Origin: Catajapyx aquilonaris
Lineage: Eukaryota
Assembly: GCA_000934665.2 (NCBI GenBank)
Contig: KZ539154.1
Coordinates: forward strand, 1-32,307
Direction of reading: 5' to 3'
Length of the DNA stretch: 32,307 nucleotides
Numbering within the stretch: the stretch's first letter is position 1; each line of letters starts with the position of its first letter. Both the position numbers and the translations under genes were made by a program. Positions 12,301-25,276 of the stretch are shown one piece after another. Below the pieces are notes generated by a model, which was not told where the DNA came from, made no database searches, and worked only from the letters and a program-made list of their open reading frames with translations.

Positions 12301-15300
12301 TTGCAAATCGTCACACAAAGTACCGTGTGTCTCATAACTGCATGCCAATAAACATACCTACATGGACGGTCCTTGGTCGATGGTAGAATACTCGAGACTG
12401 AGTAGGATGACACATGAAATAGGGAGCGTCACTACCTTAGCCAGATAACAGCAGGTCGAAAATTGCTTTCTAATGGCGACTGGAAACGCGAAACGTCCAG
12501 GTGTCAAATTGGACTGGCGGAAAGGAAAAGTAAACACGCGGAAAGGGGACAATAGCCAGAGGCCGCTGTCGCTGGAAATGGAATCACCCGGATTCCATTC
12601 CATTCCACAGACACTACCCGGATATTTTACTGCAGCGCACAACATTCCAAAGCTCCAATTTTCACACCACTTCAAAAAACTTGCGTTTAATTAGCTAAAC
12701 ACGGGTTCAATTCATTATTTACAATCCAGATCCTGGTGTTACGTCAGGAATGCCAATAACTCGCGCAATTTCCTCATGGTTAATAAGGTCGACTTCACAC
12801 TATTTTTTTTTACCGACGTTCAAAAAGGTGATCAAACATTTTATACTGTAATCATATTAATAATTTTAGCACATGTTACTTTTTACACGTATTATTATGG
12901 CCCTGTTATTGCTTTAAGATTGGAGCTCCACTGAAGATAAATTGTTACGTGAGATTACTCTCAACATTCGAAACATGTTTGGTTAAACTCCTTTCCTGAC
13001 CCCAACCCTGGACGGGAAAATTAATTACGGCAGAGGTGGCGGTTCACAAAATTATGAAGTGAACTCGAACTGTACGTAGAATATAAACTTGACTAAAACA
13101 CTCTGAGGCTGAAAGCAGTGATAATGAATTATCGCCCCAGAAAATTACATATCAAGGTATATACATTATAAATATCGGTTTGCATAATCCCAGCTGTTCC
13201 TGATTTTTTTTTTAACTGTGCGACAATGAACAGTAGACTAAGTCTAATAATTATGGTGCCCAGTTAATTTTCCTGTATATTAGTCTTAGGACAATATGTA
13301 CGGTTTGTCATTCGTTCCGCTACGTCCTTCGAACAGTACCAGCAGGTCTGCTGTAGCTACTAACAAGTAAGTGCAGCACATGTTCAACATATCTGTCAGT
13401 GTCACGAAAGCAGCATGAGAGTATTATGCTGAAGGAGGATCCATCATTTTTGTTCGATTCGAACGCTGTCAATTTTCTTACCACGGATATATCATCAAAT
13501 TACAGTAATTAAAGCCGTTCTGAATGACACCTAAAGTTGTGTCCTTGCTACAAATTATCATATAGGTTTAGTGTCGGGAACATTTAAAAACCCAGACAGA
13601 ACCGCGTCAACAGCTTGCACTTGCATTCCGTCTACCCAAATAAACCACCCAAGTCCATTTCAACCACAAAAAAAGAACAGCATGGCACTTGTTGACAGTC
13701 CAAGCGATAGACCGCTACGGCCACCCAATGTGGTTGCTGGCATTGAACCAGCTTTATAACAACATATACACGAATCTCATAGAGTTTTAATGGAGCTACA
13801 AAATGTGCCAGTTTTTTAAACCATTAAATCGCGATTTTAAAGTTTATTATCATTAAGTTCGCACAATTGAATCCACCCCTGGCAATATACGTACATTTAC
13901 GTCATATTTGTCCCAAACCCGATGACTCGATCTGCATTGTTAAGCTCAATATTTTAGAACAAGCCTGTTAATGCACCGTTGTGGTTGGTACACCTTCGGT
14001 GCACGAGGTAAGGGTACCCGTAGCGAGCAGTAACTAGTAACTGTACAAGAGCGCCACCTGGCAGCGTGTGGAGCACCATCTAGCCGAAGGTGGTGGAAGG
14101 TGTGTGGGGATGGGGGCTAAGCAGGGAGTTGGCGCACCCAGTGGGCAGAGAGGTAACTTCCAGCGCAAACAAACATCGTGGACAGTATTAGGTGAAATAT
14201 TATTGAGAATGAGAATGAAATGATAAGTTGATAACCATACTCCATAAGGAATACACCCGGGAAACGGGCGCTGCAAAGGGGTTGCCCATCAGAACATCGA
14301 CCTACAGATATGAAAATATACGCAACAACTCAACATATCGATAATAATCGATTTTCAATATGTCAGCCTACTTCGCTTACACACTTTTCACCAGTATTTC
14401 ATGACAAGATGAACTCCTAGCGAAGTCTGCGCGCTCAGCTGCTTCACACCGCACAACGGGAACATGTCCAACTCTACAGATCAGTCACAGAACATGGAAC
14501 GAGCTCGGTGTGTAGCTCTAAGGTTGGGCCATGATGAATTCATTAGCCTAGCTGGCATAATGAGCGCCAATGAGACAACTGGACGAGAAGGCCTGCAGAT
14601 GTCTTCCAGAATGATTGTTCCAAGCTGGACCATGGTGGAAGACGATACGTTCCTATCAAGTTGGAGCATCGGGTGCAATCAATTCTCCTAGTCGACTGCC
14701 AGTTGGAGCCTTTGGTGGTGTCAGTCCAGGAAGGAATGTATCAACCAGTATACAAGTCGCGGATTATATTTAGCCGTCGGCTGGCGTCAGACTCACTTCA
14801 CGGCCGCCGCCGGCTCATCCGCGGACACTCTACAGCTCACCAATTACACACGCAGGCAGGGATCCAAAATGATGATTAACTCTAATTACCCGGCTAAGTG
14901 ATCAATTAAATGCAAAAGTATACAGGTTGGAGTATGCGTTTTAATTCATTTCTGGACTTGGAAAAAAAGGATAAATTTTCCCGTCTCAGGTCCCGGCTTG
15001 GAGATGGGACATGACATGAACGCGAAAAATGTTAACAAAAATAATGTACTTTTGTGCTCATAAGTGGAGTGACGCCTGGCGACATTTTATGAGCTGGATT
15101 GCAACAAGGGCCCGTTATGAGATAACACTTGTAACATTATTCCTGAATCATCTGAAGAAGAAGGTTCTCTTGCACACAGGGCACACAAAAGCCCGACTAG
15201 CGACCGTGGTAAAAGAAACCATGTTTTTGTTGCCAGTCATAACCCCACCGGTAGGCCCACATCAAGTTTACACGCGTACTTCTTCCACCTCTTTTGTGCA

Positions 15301-16342
15301 TGAATGGCCCTTCCTTTTTTTCCCTGAAGGAATGACAAGGCCCGAAGGTCCCCTGGAGGGGATGGAATGCCGTCAATGGGAACATTTGGACAAACTGGAC
15401 ACTTCCATATGGCTTCCTGCGCCTACCTGAGCCCCTAGCACCACATGCACCATTGTCCTTTTTTTAAAAAAAAACAACAACAACATGTATGTCCATGACA
15501 TCATTTTTCACATATCGTGACACACTAATATGTTTTACTTACATTGAATAATTAGGTACCGGCCAGGTGGTACATTCGAAAATATTTCTATGTTCATGTC
15601 ATTAGCTAACTCACGCAACAACATCCATCAGTATGACCGTCTCTCACAGGTCCCCATCCAATGTCACTTGTCCAAATCCATTCTGACCCATCATCCCGCC
15701 CACATCCTCTCCACACCTTTTCTACTCACCGGTACCCGGTCAGTTCCTTCTACCTTCACGACCAGAACGGACATGGCAACACGTACAGCTGATATTATGC
15801 AAAACACTTGTTATTTTACGTGACAGACGGAACATTCCTGGAGCGAGAGAAGCTGGCTCTCCAAAAAATGTCTTCTTATGTTACCTCTCGAGTCCAGACC
15901 GTGAGTTCCGACCACCGGACTAGAAGCTGGTTGCATAATAAGGTACTTGACTATTCAGCCACTCTTTCAAAGGACAAAAAATTAGTCAGTCAGAAGGAGA
16001 GTTCAAAATGTAGAGGCTCCAAGATTGCCTACCAGGACAAGTTCTTCGATGTTCATTTATTTATTTCACATGGGCCAGCTGTCTGGGAATGGTTGCCAAC
16101 AACGCCTACAGAAGCTCCACCAGTCTGACTGAAGGCCGGTAAATATTAAATATTAATAATATAAGCATTAATATTTACAACCCTGGAGAGAAACATATTG
16201 TCATGTTCCTGCTTACACATTTTCATGTATTACTTTGAGTTGACACTATGTGAAATTCGAGTCAGCAGCATATATGATTACATTTAAAATTTTTAGCATT
16301 CAACTATCCGTATGACTACTCTAGTCATAGAGTGCCAATATA

Positions 16343-16583
16343 CAGGGTGTTCCAAATGGGTCGTTTTTATATAACTGATATTGCCTGATATAGTACAGTA
16401 GTTATTTTTGTAGCTTGTTGTGCCCCTAACCAGGTGCCCCATTCTATAGGAACTGCTATATTCGACCCCCTGGGCGTATTGGGGCAAATCATGGGCAAAT
16501 GGTTACAACAACAAGCTACTTTAAAAACTACTATCGGGCGATATCAGTTATATAAAAAATTCCCCACGAATTTGGAACACCTG
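16343..16583. mobile_element. Tc1/mariner-type hairpin MITE
   Basis: TA-CAGGGTGTTCCAAAT ... ATTTGGAACACCTG-TA. Inner arms are also inverted (TTTTTATATAACTGATAT / ATATCAGTTATATAAAAA; GTAGCTTGTTGT / ACAACAAGCTAC). Confidence 0.85.
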
Positions 16584-17966
16584 TATAGTCCTAGCTCAGA
16601 TGTTAATGGCTTCACATGTGTGAAAAAATTAAATTGGGCCTATTGAAAATGCATTAGAGAATAGTTAACAAGAAATGACGATATCACTGTGTAGCATAAT
16701 AATGACTCTCATTTGGTAATCAGATTATTACAGTGCACCATTAATAATTCCTCCGCTTAGGGAATAGCATGATCTCACCGTCCCATATTATAATGAATAA
16801 AATCCCCCATTCTCCTCATTCTGAACAGCAAGTTACAAACAACTGACAGTGCATTTGAATAAAACATTCGAGCACAGGGATTATGGGCCAAAAACCCTCG
16901 CATATTTCGTCCATAAAATCCCCCCCCCCCCTCCCCCGAAAAAAAATCAGCAAATATTTCCTTACGACTAGCATTTACACAATTCACACGCAACACCACC
17001 ATAATTATTTTGGAAAATCCCCGCGACGTTGCCAGACCTCCGACCTACAAGGGGTTAAAGAACCATTAAAATTCATCCCCCTCCATACCCCTGTGGCGCA
17101 CACAGGTCGTGATCACGTTGTGTGACTCGATTGTGGCAATTACTGCCAGATTTGCCGGATGATAACACATTGTTTTGGCCCCCACTGCTTCCACACAGGA
17201 GTCCGGTCTAGGTAAGATTGCACAGTGTTGCCATATTACATTGTTGTCTGATATTATTGCGGAGTAAGCGGAATTTTCGGGGCTTGGCCAGACCTCTTTT
17301 AGTGCAGGGGTTTGTTCTAAGCCTCTCCTACACGGTCGTAAATCAAAAAGGTTCTTTCCCCCCCCCCNTATCCTCCCCCACCTTATACCCGCCCCCGCCC
17401 TAGCCTCAAATGGACTTTGGGTGGTGGATGGAAATCTTATCCAGTCCAAAGTGGTTTGGGGGCCATCCTTGGCCGGATGGAAAGAAAATGCTTATCGCCG
17501 CATCTATTGAAATGTCTCGATTAAGAAGTTGACACCATAATAATGTCGAGCGGCCGTGAATCATATCTGCAAATGTTATTGAGGGCTCAGCAAGATAACA
17601 TTAAGTGGTTGGCGGTATCCGTGTTGGAGGACTTATCTAATTCAATTTGATCTTATGTTCAAGGGTGTCTGAGAATATGTGTGTGGGTGGTAATTAAAGC
17701 TTCTCATATCTAGGACAAACAGGAAAAGAACAGCCTGATAATAATAGGAGAATATATAAGAAAATTTATTGTCCATTCCAGCCCCCTGCAACTCCCAGAC
17801 TAGCCTTGATAGCTCGGTAGGGGACTTACTGTTAGAGAGTCTCCGTCACCCCGGATTTGGCGCTGCAGCCGCTCCGCTGTCCCCAAATTAGTTCGGGTGG
17901 ACGACTCCGAACAAACCCGAACCGGAGTCCGGAGCAATTAGCCGACTCACCCGCCATCCATCGATC

Positions 17967-18449
17967 GGATGATGCCAATATGAATAATATGTCCAATCAG
18001 AATATTAGAATAATCAATTCTTATTTTCTGATTGGACCAACCCCCTGCAACTCCTCTGATACGATAGGGTACAGTGCTGGACATTACTGGTCATACTTAT
18101 AGCGACATTTTCCGATGCGGCAGATGTGCAAATTGAAGTGATAGAGTGCGAGCCGTGCGAGTAAGAAATGGTAGCCCTTGGGTGACGTCACTGGCTGGAG
18201 GACAAGCCTTTTCTCCATTGCCTCCCAGCCGGTGACGTCACTCAAGGCCTACCTCTTCTTACTCGCACGGCTCACACTCCATCACTTCAATTTGCACTTC
18301 TGCAGCATCAAAAAATGTCGCAAGCAGTATGACGCGATTAATGTCCAACACTGTACCCTACCGTATCAGAGAAGTTGCAGGGGGTTGGTCCAATCAGAAA
18401 ATAAGAATTGATTATTCTAATATTCTGATTGGACATATTGGCATCATCC
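17967..18449. repeat. ~480-bp long inverted repeat (foldback), composite
   Basis: Arms of ~230 bp, for example TCCAATCAGAATATTAGAATAATCAATTCTTATTTTCTGATTGGACCAACCCCCTGCAACT and its reverse complement at ~18374-18433. Confidence 0.92.
18072..18353. mobile_element. Inner Tc1-like palindromic MITE
   Basis: TA-CAGTGCTGGACATTA ... TAATGTCCAACACTG-TA termini. Two TGACGTCA motifs (18183, 18233) flank the centre. Confidence 0.65.
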
Positions 18450-19679
18450 TGCCATTATTTTCCTTACTAACAAAAATCATGCTGCATTATTATCTGAAAC
18501 ACATCATCCCTTTCACTCCAGTAAGTTATCTCCACGGATTCGTTACAATCGTGACCACATTTTATTACATTGCTTTTTTTTTATGTGGTTGTGGGCCTTT
18601 GTAGGCGGACCCAGGTCGCATACGTCGGGCCGAACCGCAATCTATTTCCAGGAGTGCGTCGGCAGATAGGAGAAGGAAAAAGAATACGAAGAGACGGTGT
18701 GGGTCGGTGGGATATTGCGGCTGTCAGAGCAGGAAACGAATACCGGCGAGATGCTGCATCATCGCCTTATCCCTTATTTCATCCCTCCAAACAGACCCCT
18801 ACCAACTCTGGTATGGGAGAAAAGAACCAATGAAACAGCTCTTTTGCCTTACCAACCTCATCAGACCACACCACCACTGGCACCACAAAATCATTGCCTC
18901 AGCAACCAGGAGTTTCTTATCACTGGTGTCGAGGACATTGCTTATGATGCGCTTCCTGGTGGTCTTTATGTTATGTAAGGTACTCTAAGAAAGTGGTGCA
19001 GACTTTAAGAAAAGGATTGTTCATTCCATGAGATGCCTTACGCTCCAGACCTCCGGAATGTCCTGCAATAACGTCTGCTTCAGTATACCTACATGTAACA
19101 AGAACCCCCTAAAGCATCGAGAGCGAGGGCTCTACACTCAAACTTTTCGCAGAAAATGTGCGAAAAAAAATTGTTCCAGCCATGGCCCAATCCAACGCTA
19201 CATACATACTGAACAACAAATTATATCCTCCGGGCTTCACTTCTTTCACATGACAATGCTGATCTCTTTGAAGTTGTTTTTTTTTTTTGTTTCGCTAGGG
19301 GGAAAAAACGGTACCTTTGAGCAATTGGCCAGGTGCCGTCGCTTTTTTTATTTCAGTTGGCAGACATATTTTAGTCAGTGCGATCACGTACAACCGAGGA
19401 GACTAAACACGGTCTGACGTGTGACCGTTTCAAGGAGGGGTAATGTCCTCACTAGTCAACAAGGTAATGGGGGATTTCCCACTCTATGAACTATGCCCCC
19501 TTAAACGGGTAGGATTACTACAATATACCGTTTTGGTGTTTAGTCTGTGGATACGTAAACATATAAAAGGCGCAATTTAGTACCTATACAGACCAACAAG
19601 GGTCAATATTGCCAACCCATTTGATTATGGTCCGGACAAAACCACACTGGACGTCCAAACAGAATGGTGGTATACTTAC

Positions 19680-19843
19680 AGTATGGTTGTCTCGGTGGGC
19701 ACAGTGGGCACTCTTTCCAACTGGAGAAACATGCATCGGACTGTGGTTCGGAAGCAGAGACATCGAGGTGGACACTGTCCTCGAGCGTCGACCACGCTGC
19801 TGACCGCTGCCACCAACACGAGCAGCCCCAGAAGTCGACCCAT
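19680..19843 (-). CDS. Pxn: Peroxidasin, first coding exon (signal peptide + LRR N-terminal cap)
   Basis: Translates to [54 protein letters not shown](L). This closely matches the peroxidasin N-terminus as recalled (human [36 protein letters not shown]). The ATG at 19843 is in a GCCATGG Kozak context. The exon ends CT|GTAAGT, a phase-2 donor at 19679. Confidence 0.93.
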
Positions 19844-19873
19844 GGCAGCCAGGCCGATCACTCCAAGAGAAAC
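19844..19873 (-). other. Pxn: 5' UTR part of the peroxidasin ATG exon, preceded by a probable splice acceptor
   Basis: The minus strand reads TTCTTCTTGATAG|GTTTCTC 30 nt upstream of the ATG (AG at 19875-19874), which suggests an upstream non-coding exon. Confidence 0.5.
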
Positions 19874-21800
19874 CTATCAAGAAGAATCATTAGGTGACAA
19901 CCGCCCAACAGATGAAGTCATCAATTGAATATGCAGAAGGCCCGGTTTCTGATGGCCACATTGGCATCATGAATGTGCAGAATCGCACCGCAGCCTGTCG
20001 ACGCCATGACCATATGAAGGCGCTCATTTCTTTAATTACTCCTCGACGTTGAGTAGTGTCGACGTCCCAACTTTCACCGTTTAGACCAACCGGTGACTGG
20101 GTGAGCTCCCAGACAGCTTGCAGGTGTGCCATCAGCTCTGCTTAATAGCTGCATTTCTATGCTTGCTATGTCCATTTAAAAAAAAACACACAATGCAATC
20201 GGTGAGCTCATGACGCAATACGAATTTCAAATAAGGTGATTTTGTATTGGGATTTTTAAAACGCACGTTAAAATGTGCCTATTACATTAAAATTGTGCGT
20301 ATGTGCAAAAATACCAGCTTCAATCAGTTGCATCTAAGAAGGTGTTAATTTTTGCACAAATTTACATTCTGATATTTGAAAAAACTATCCGACTTGAGTT
20401 TCGTCAGTTCTTCAAACTGGACGTACCAAACGTACGGCTGTCGACACCCCCGTCGCTTACTAGTGACATTCCACTAAAATAGAACCAATATGAATTTTAA
20501 AATGATTTTCAACATCCCCTGCAACAAGCCTTGCAAAAACACCCGATTAGATCCGCACACAGTCTGCATACAATAGGCCCTATTTACATACACACTGGAC
20601 GGCTCAATCTGGCCAAATCTGTAAAAACCACCCCACCCTCTATAACCCTATCCTAGGATGGGGGCGTGGGTACCAGCTGTCCTAAAAAAAAAAATGAAAT
20701 CTTCTTTTCCTTTTGGAACTGCGTGGCTACTGATGGCCGCATGCACTCCACACACTCACATAATTAGGCAGGGGGCCATCCCACCCATCCACTCACCCAC
20801 CCTCAGGCATAATCATGTGTGCATATGTGCTTCTTCCTCCACGTGCCCTGGTACACATGCAGGCCCGCCTTCCTCCTTCTCTCTAGTTCCGACATGCAGT
20901 AACTGGCCCCATCATGTGAACATTCACCCTTTTTCCGTATGCGATGACATAAGCTCGGCTTGCCCCCGAGATAAAGGGCGTTACAGTCAGCCTTGGCCGA
21001 CGCCAACATCTCTCTTTTTTTTTTAAAAGGCGCCTTGTACATGTATGTCATGCTATCTACCAAACATGGGGAATTAATTCTTTTTGTGCAGGCGAATTGA
21101 ATTTTTAATTAGCACTAATTTTTTTAAAGAGCGCAATTGTTGTCTTATTGATATTGAAAGTGGTAATGAAACACTGCCTCTTAGAATGAGGAGAGCAAGC
21201 TCAACAAACAATTAGTGTTATTACACATCATTACATACTGCAGTAACCTCTGGTTGCATGCGATGATGGTGTGAAAAATGACCGCAGGGCATGCGGAAGG
21301 TGTCATTTAGGATGCGTCGTAATCACACAATGACAGGTTGGGTGCAGGGTATTATTGTCATTTGCATTTCAAGCAGTTTTTTTTCCCAGGGAATGACAGT
21401 TGTTTAGGTTATCAGCAAATTATTTTGGTGTTCAATGAGCACCGTGACATGAAAGAGGAGTTAATTATTTTTAAATAATAATAATGTTTGTACACAGGGT
21501 GAGTCGACAAATCTCTCGAAATTGTGTCTTTTCAACAGCTGGCCCCTTTGCGAGATGTTACAATAAGGCATGCCACATTTTGATAACTATTACATATTTT
21601 AAAAAATGTAATCCCGCCATTATGTCGAACCGCAAACAAGTCAACAATCCTACACAAAAATATCTGAAAAAATACAGTACCGGTACGGAAGTGAGTCGAG
21701 TCGAACTATTGGACTTATCCACGTTGAGCTGGAACACCGGCCCTTAGGACCGACCTTTCCACCAGCCCTCCCTCCATCTACTAAACTGCCTCTCATGCCG

Positions 21801-21900
21801 CTCCCCCACCCCCTTCCCCCCATCCCCCCCACCTTCCACTCCCCCCACTCCACTAACCCACACCCCNCCCCTACCCACCCACCCACAACCCGCCAACCCC
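21801..21900. repeat. C-rich low-complexity tract (G-quadruplex-capable on minus strand)
   Basis: More than 10 runs of CCC or longer within 100 bp. Confidence 0.75.
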
Positions 21901-22479
21901 ACTCACTTTGTCGCTCGCCTTCACCAAAATTACGTCATCATCGGCTTGCAGGTTCCAGTTACGGATGGTTCGAGTCATGCCTCTTTTTTGAAACTATTTG
22001 TTCATTTCCAAAAATGGGTGGATCGCATATTTATATTCATATTAATAGTGCATGCAATATTAATAAATTGCCTTACACTACAGCAACAAATACGGCACAT
22101 TTTGACATATATTAATGCATTCATTTCTCACAATTTATTCCTTGCACATCGTGAAGCTTATCTAACAGCTCTCTACTAATAATCTTCACTGGATTGCACC
22201 AAAGCCAAATCAGAATTAAGCTACAGCAATAATTTTCACCCTCCCCGCAGTTGTCCAGCCTTTATCAGCAAGGGTTGACCCCATGATCCGCTCTAGATGA
22301 GGGAAAAACCAGATTTAGCAAAATTATTGCCTACTTCACACTGAAAATCTGCATAATATGTATACATATACACCTTCGCTTGTATAAAAATTAAAAAATT
22401 ATTTATAGAAAATCTCCGATTATGGTTGCCCAACTAACGGGTTAAAAAAAATTAAAAAACAAAAGTACAGTATACTGTA

Positions 22480-23082
22480 CCAGGGGTCTCAAAGGATTCT
22501 CAATACACTTAATTCACTTTTTAGTTGATACACCCGGTCATAACATAACAGCGATGCCAGACCCATCCAACATGTTGACATCAGAAAACGTCCCTGAGAG
22601 TCATCCTGGAAGCTAGATAACCTGTACGCCTCTTTTGCCTCACCTGTTGCCGGCCTGCAATGGGTTAGGAGACGTCTTATTATTCCCGTCCATCCGTCAC
22701 TTCCATACGGCTAAAGCGTTTATGCCGGACACGTTCTACCTGCAAAGCCGTGGGAATTATTACGAATTGGCACGTGTGGCCGACTATAATGGATTTAAAG
22801 GATTATGTTCCATCGGGACGATGGGAATGGCCTCATATCCTGCTGGATTTCGATTCCTCGCTGGAAACAGAAATGAAGCAGAAACTTGCGGTGTCAGTAG
22901 GAAGTGTTTTGAGAGCTGCGTGTGTGACGTGGGCAGTAAGTGTGGATGACCAGAATATTGTAAGAATGCGGACTACTGCTCATCTTTTGAATGAGCATTA
23001 GTCCGAGCCGAGTATATTTACAGATTAGGTTCACCTGAGGACACCTTTTTAACGGTCCATGCGCAATATTGAAACACCCGTA
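22480..23082 (+). pseudogene. Possible highly decayed Tc1/mariner (maT/DD37D-like) transposase remnant
   Basis: Peptide DYVPSGRWEWPHILLDFDSSL...SVGSVLRAACVTWAVSVDDQNIVR loosely echoes the WPxxSPDLNPLD...SVxSLxxA...W C-terminus. TIR-like TGAAACACCCGTA at ~23070-23082. Confidence 0.35.
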
Positions 23083-24646
23083 TCGAAAGTTATGCCTAGG
23101 GGTTCACCAGCTGCTTACAAGCAGGTAACCAACCACGACGCAATTATCACGGGACCACAAATCATATAAGTGTCTGTTGGTAAATCTCATACGCTTATGG
23201 TTCGCTTACGGAGCAAACAGGGGCACTTTAGCGTGTAAAGAGCGATTATCTGTGAAGCGTAATATTCGATGTCCCGAGGTCAAATCTGGGATATTCTGCA
23301 ATCAATTGACACAATTATTGTAACAGTATAACAGGTAACAGCCTTGATGTTCTCCATTCTAAAATAATAATTCTCTATGAAAAAATGACAGAGCAGAATA
23401 ACTGAGAGATCGTGACATACACTGGCAGTACCCTGCAACATGTACAGTACGAGTATAAACAATTAAAGGTAGGGCCTACTGTCTATGCAGATCTACATCG
23501 CTTCAGTTGATATATGCTATTTAGGTTACTCCACCCGACTCCACCTCTTTACTAACAGAACCCACAGAGATAGTATTAATTTCATGAAGTAGCCTAAAGG
23601 GGGGGGGGACATCCCGTTGCCCCAATTATTTTCTCTCTATATTCTGCTCCTTCTAAATAAATAATTGGCCATCGGAAACTACAAGGGAAAATAATCAAAT
23701 GCCCTAATACACTCCTAAGAGTGGCTGAAATGAGCACTTGGATGCTAGTGTTGCTTGTATTGTTAGGCGGCGTGTCTATCTTCCTAAACGGAAACTGAAT
23801 TCTGTGCAAGGTAAACCTCATACCGGTAGCATCCCCTGCTGGCCTTGTCGGATGCCCACATTGCCAAGGTGAGTGAATCAATTATTCTTTTCGCCCAGTT
23901 GAAAGCGGTTCACTCAACCGTGAGTACATCGATGCAGACATCTGACTTGCTTCACAGTACATTGCCTGCATGACTGTGACCATGACTCAGTAATATAATG
24001 CAATGTTTTGACGCGTGTCTCCCATTTGGACATTTGGTGGACGTTGCAAAGAAAAATGGGCTTCATTTCTAATTTCTGTACAGGAATACGTATAATTGAC
24101 GTTTTAAAGGATATGTATACAGTGCTCAAGTCCCAGGAGCTGAATAAATTAGAGAATGTTGACTCCAGCGGCATGTTTTCATGGAAGTAAGAAGCACAAG
24201 TGAATGTGGCCCTGATTGTTGTTTTAACTCTTAAAACTAGTTATTGAGGTCATAGGTTATTAGGTTCATAACAATTCATAAGTAGTTATTCTCCTAGGCA
24301 CATCATGACCTGGGGACTTGGGCAATTCACCATGGCAGTGATTAGCTCTTGACCACGGATACACCGCCCCTTATAGGAAAACCTGCCGACGAATTTATAA
24401 CAATACAACGAAAACTGCATTTCTAAAATCTGCATCACTAACATATGTAGGTGATCCAAAAAGGTCATTAAATGATTATACATATCAAAGTGGCCTGTAC
24501 ACTGTGTACCGTAGCATGAAATGCATTACTGTCAGGCTTAACTTATAAAGTATATGCCCATGCACAAACCCTACGCAGACAACCTGCAGGGTCACTCTCG
24601 ACATTAAGTTATATTCTCCCTATATACAGGGTTTGTCAGAACTCTT

Positions 24647-24986
24647 GGGGAGGCGCAGTGGCGCTGCGAAAACGTACGCGCGTCCACTGATGTAAGGGTC
24701 CCGGGTTCGATCCCAAGCCCGGGCCTCCCCCCCTCCCCCTCTCATCTCGTGCAGAGTTGGGTCGTCTCTGGCTTCGTCTCGGGTGGGATTCCTTGAGACT
24801 AACCACCCGGGGGAGTTCACAAAATGACCAGGTACCGACATTGCACATCCCTTCCCTCCCACCCTGCCCGTGAACCCGGGAGTTTCACAAAAAGGTTCCG
24901 CATGTACTGTACTGATTGTACGGTAAAGGTTAATAAAGGTCCATGCGATAGACCCAAAGAGGGGTAAAATCACTCCCCGATTATGA
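24647..24986 (+). mobile_element. tRNA-derived SINE, family B, copy 1
   Basis: A box at ~24659 and B box GGTTCGATCC at 24704-24713. Shares GGTCGTCTCTGGCTTCGTCT, GGAGTTCACAAAATGACCA and TAATAAAGGTCCATGCGATA with the 30608 copy. TSD GTCAGAACTC at 24635-24644 and 24987-24996. Confidence 0.88.
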
Positions 24987-25276
24987 GTCAGAACTCCAGC
25001 TCAATCTCCCTCCAAGAAACTGGTTGGCCGGCTGCCGGTTGGCCCCCCAAAAAAACAAGTGCAATGTAAGTGTAGTGTAAAATGTAGGGGTGAGAAAATA
25101 ATGGCGAGAATCCAACAGTTAACGACGTAGACGACGATGGTCCAAACTCATGACGTTCCAGGATAAGGTGCAAGGTGGGTGGCCACGCTTGTCTAAATGG
25201 GCTCATGGCCCTCTGCGTCATTATCTGTTCGTTTTTCGACACATTTCTCATCCCAATAGTAGGCTAGATACAATTA

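Larger units (their letters stand above)
1..19679 (-). other. Pxn: Large peroxidasin intron (continues beyond window start)
   Basis: GTAAGT donor at 19679. Scanning by eye, I found no downstream exon encoding the expected DLRFN-type LRR in 1-19679. Confidence 0.6.

Noticed and set aside
16040..16170. FISHGPAVWEWLP resembling a CR1/L2 C-terminal WNxLP motif
   Set aside because: A single loose motif, too weak to call without a search.
19844..19861. ORF-track start of peroxidasin at 19861 (MIGLAA...) and stop at 19676
   Set aside because: The start is a GTG, whereas the ATG at 19843 has a strong Kozak context. The stop lies inside the GTAAGT splice donor.
21495..21507. CAGGGTGAGTC, same start as the 25626 MITE TIR
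   Set aside because: No flanking TA and no partner TIR found.
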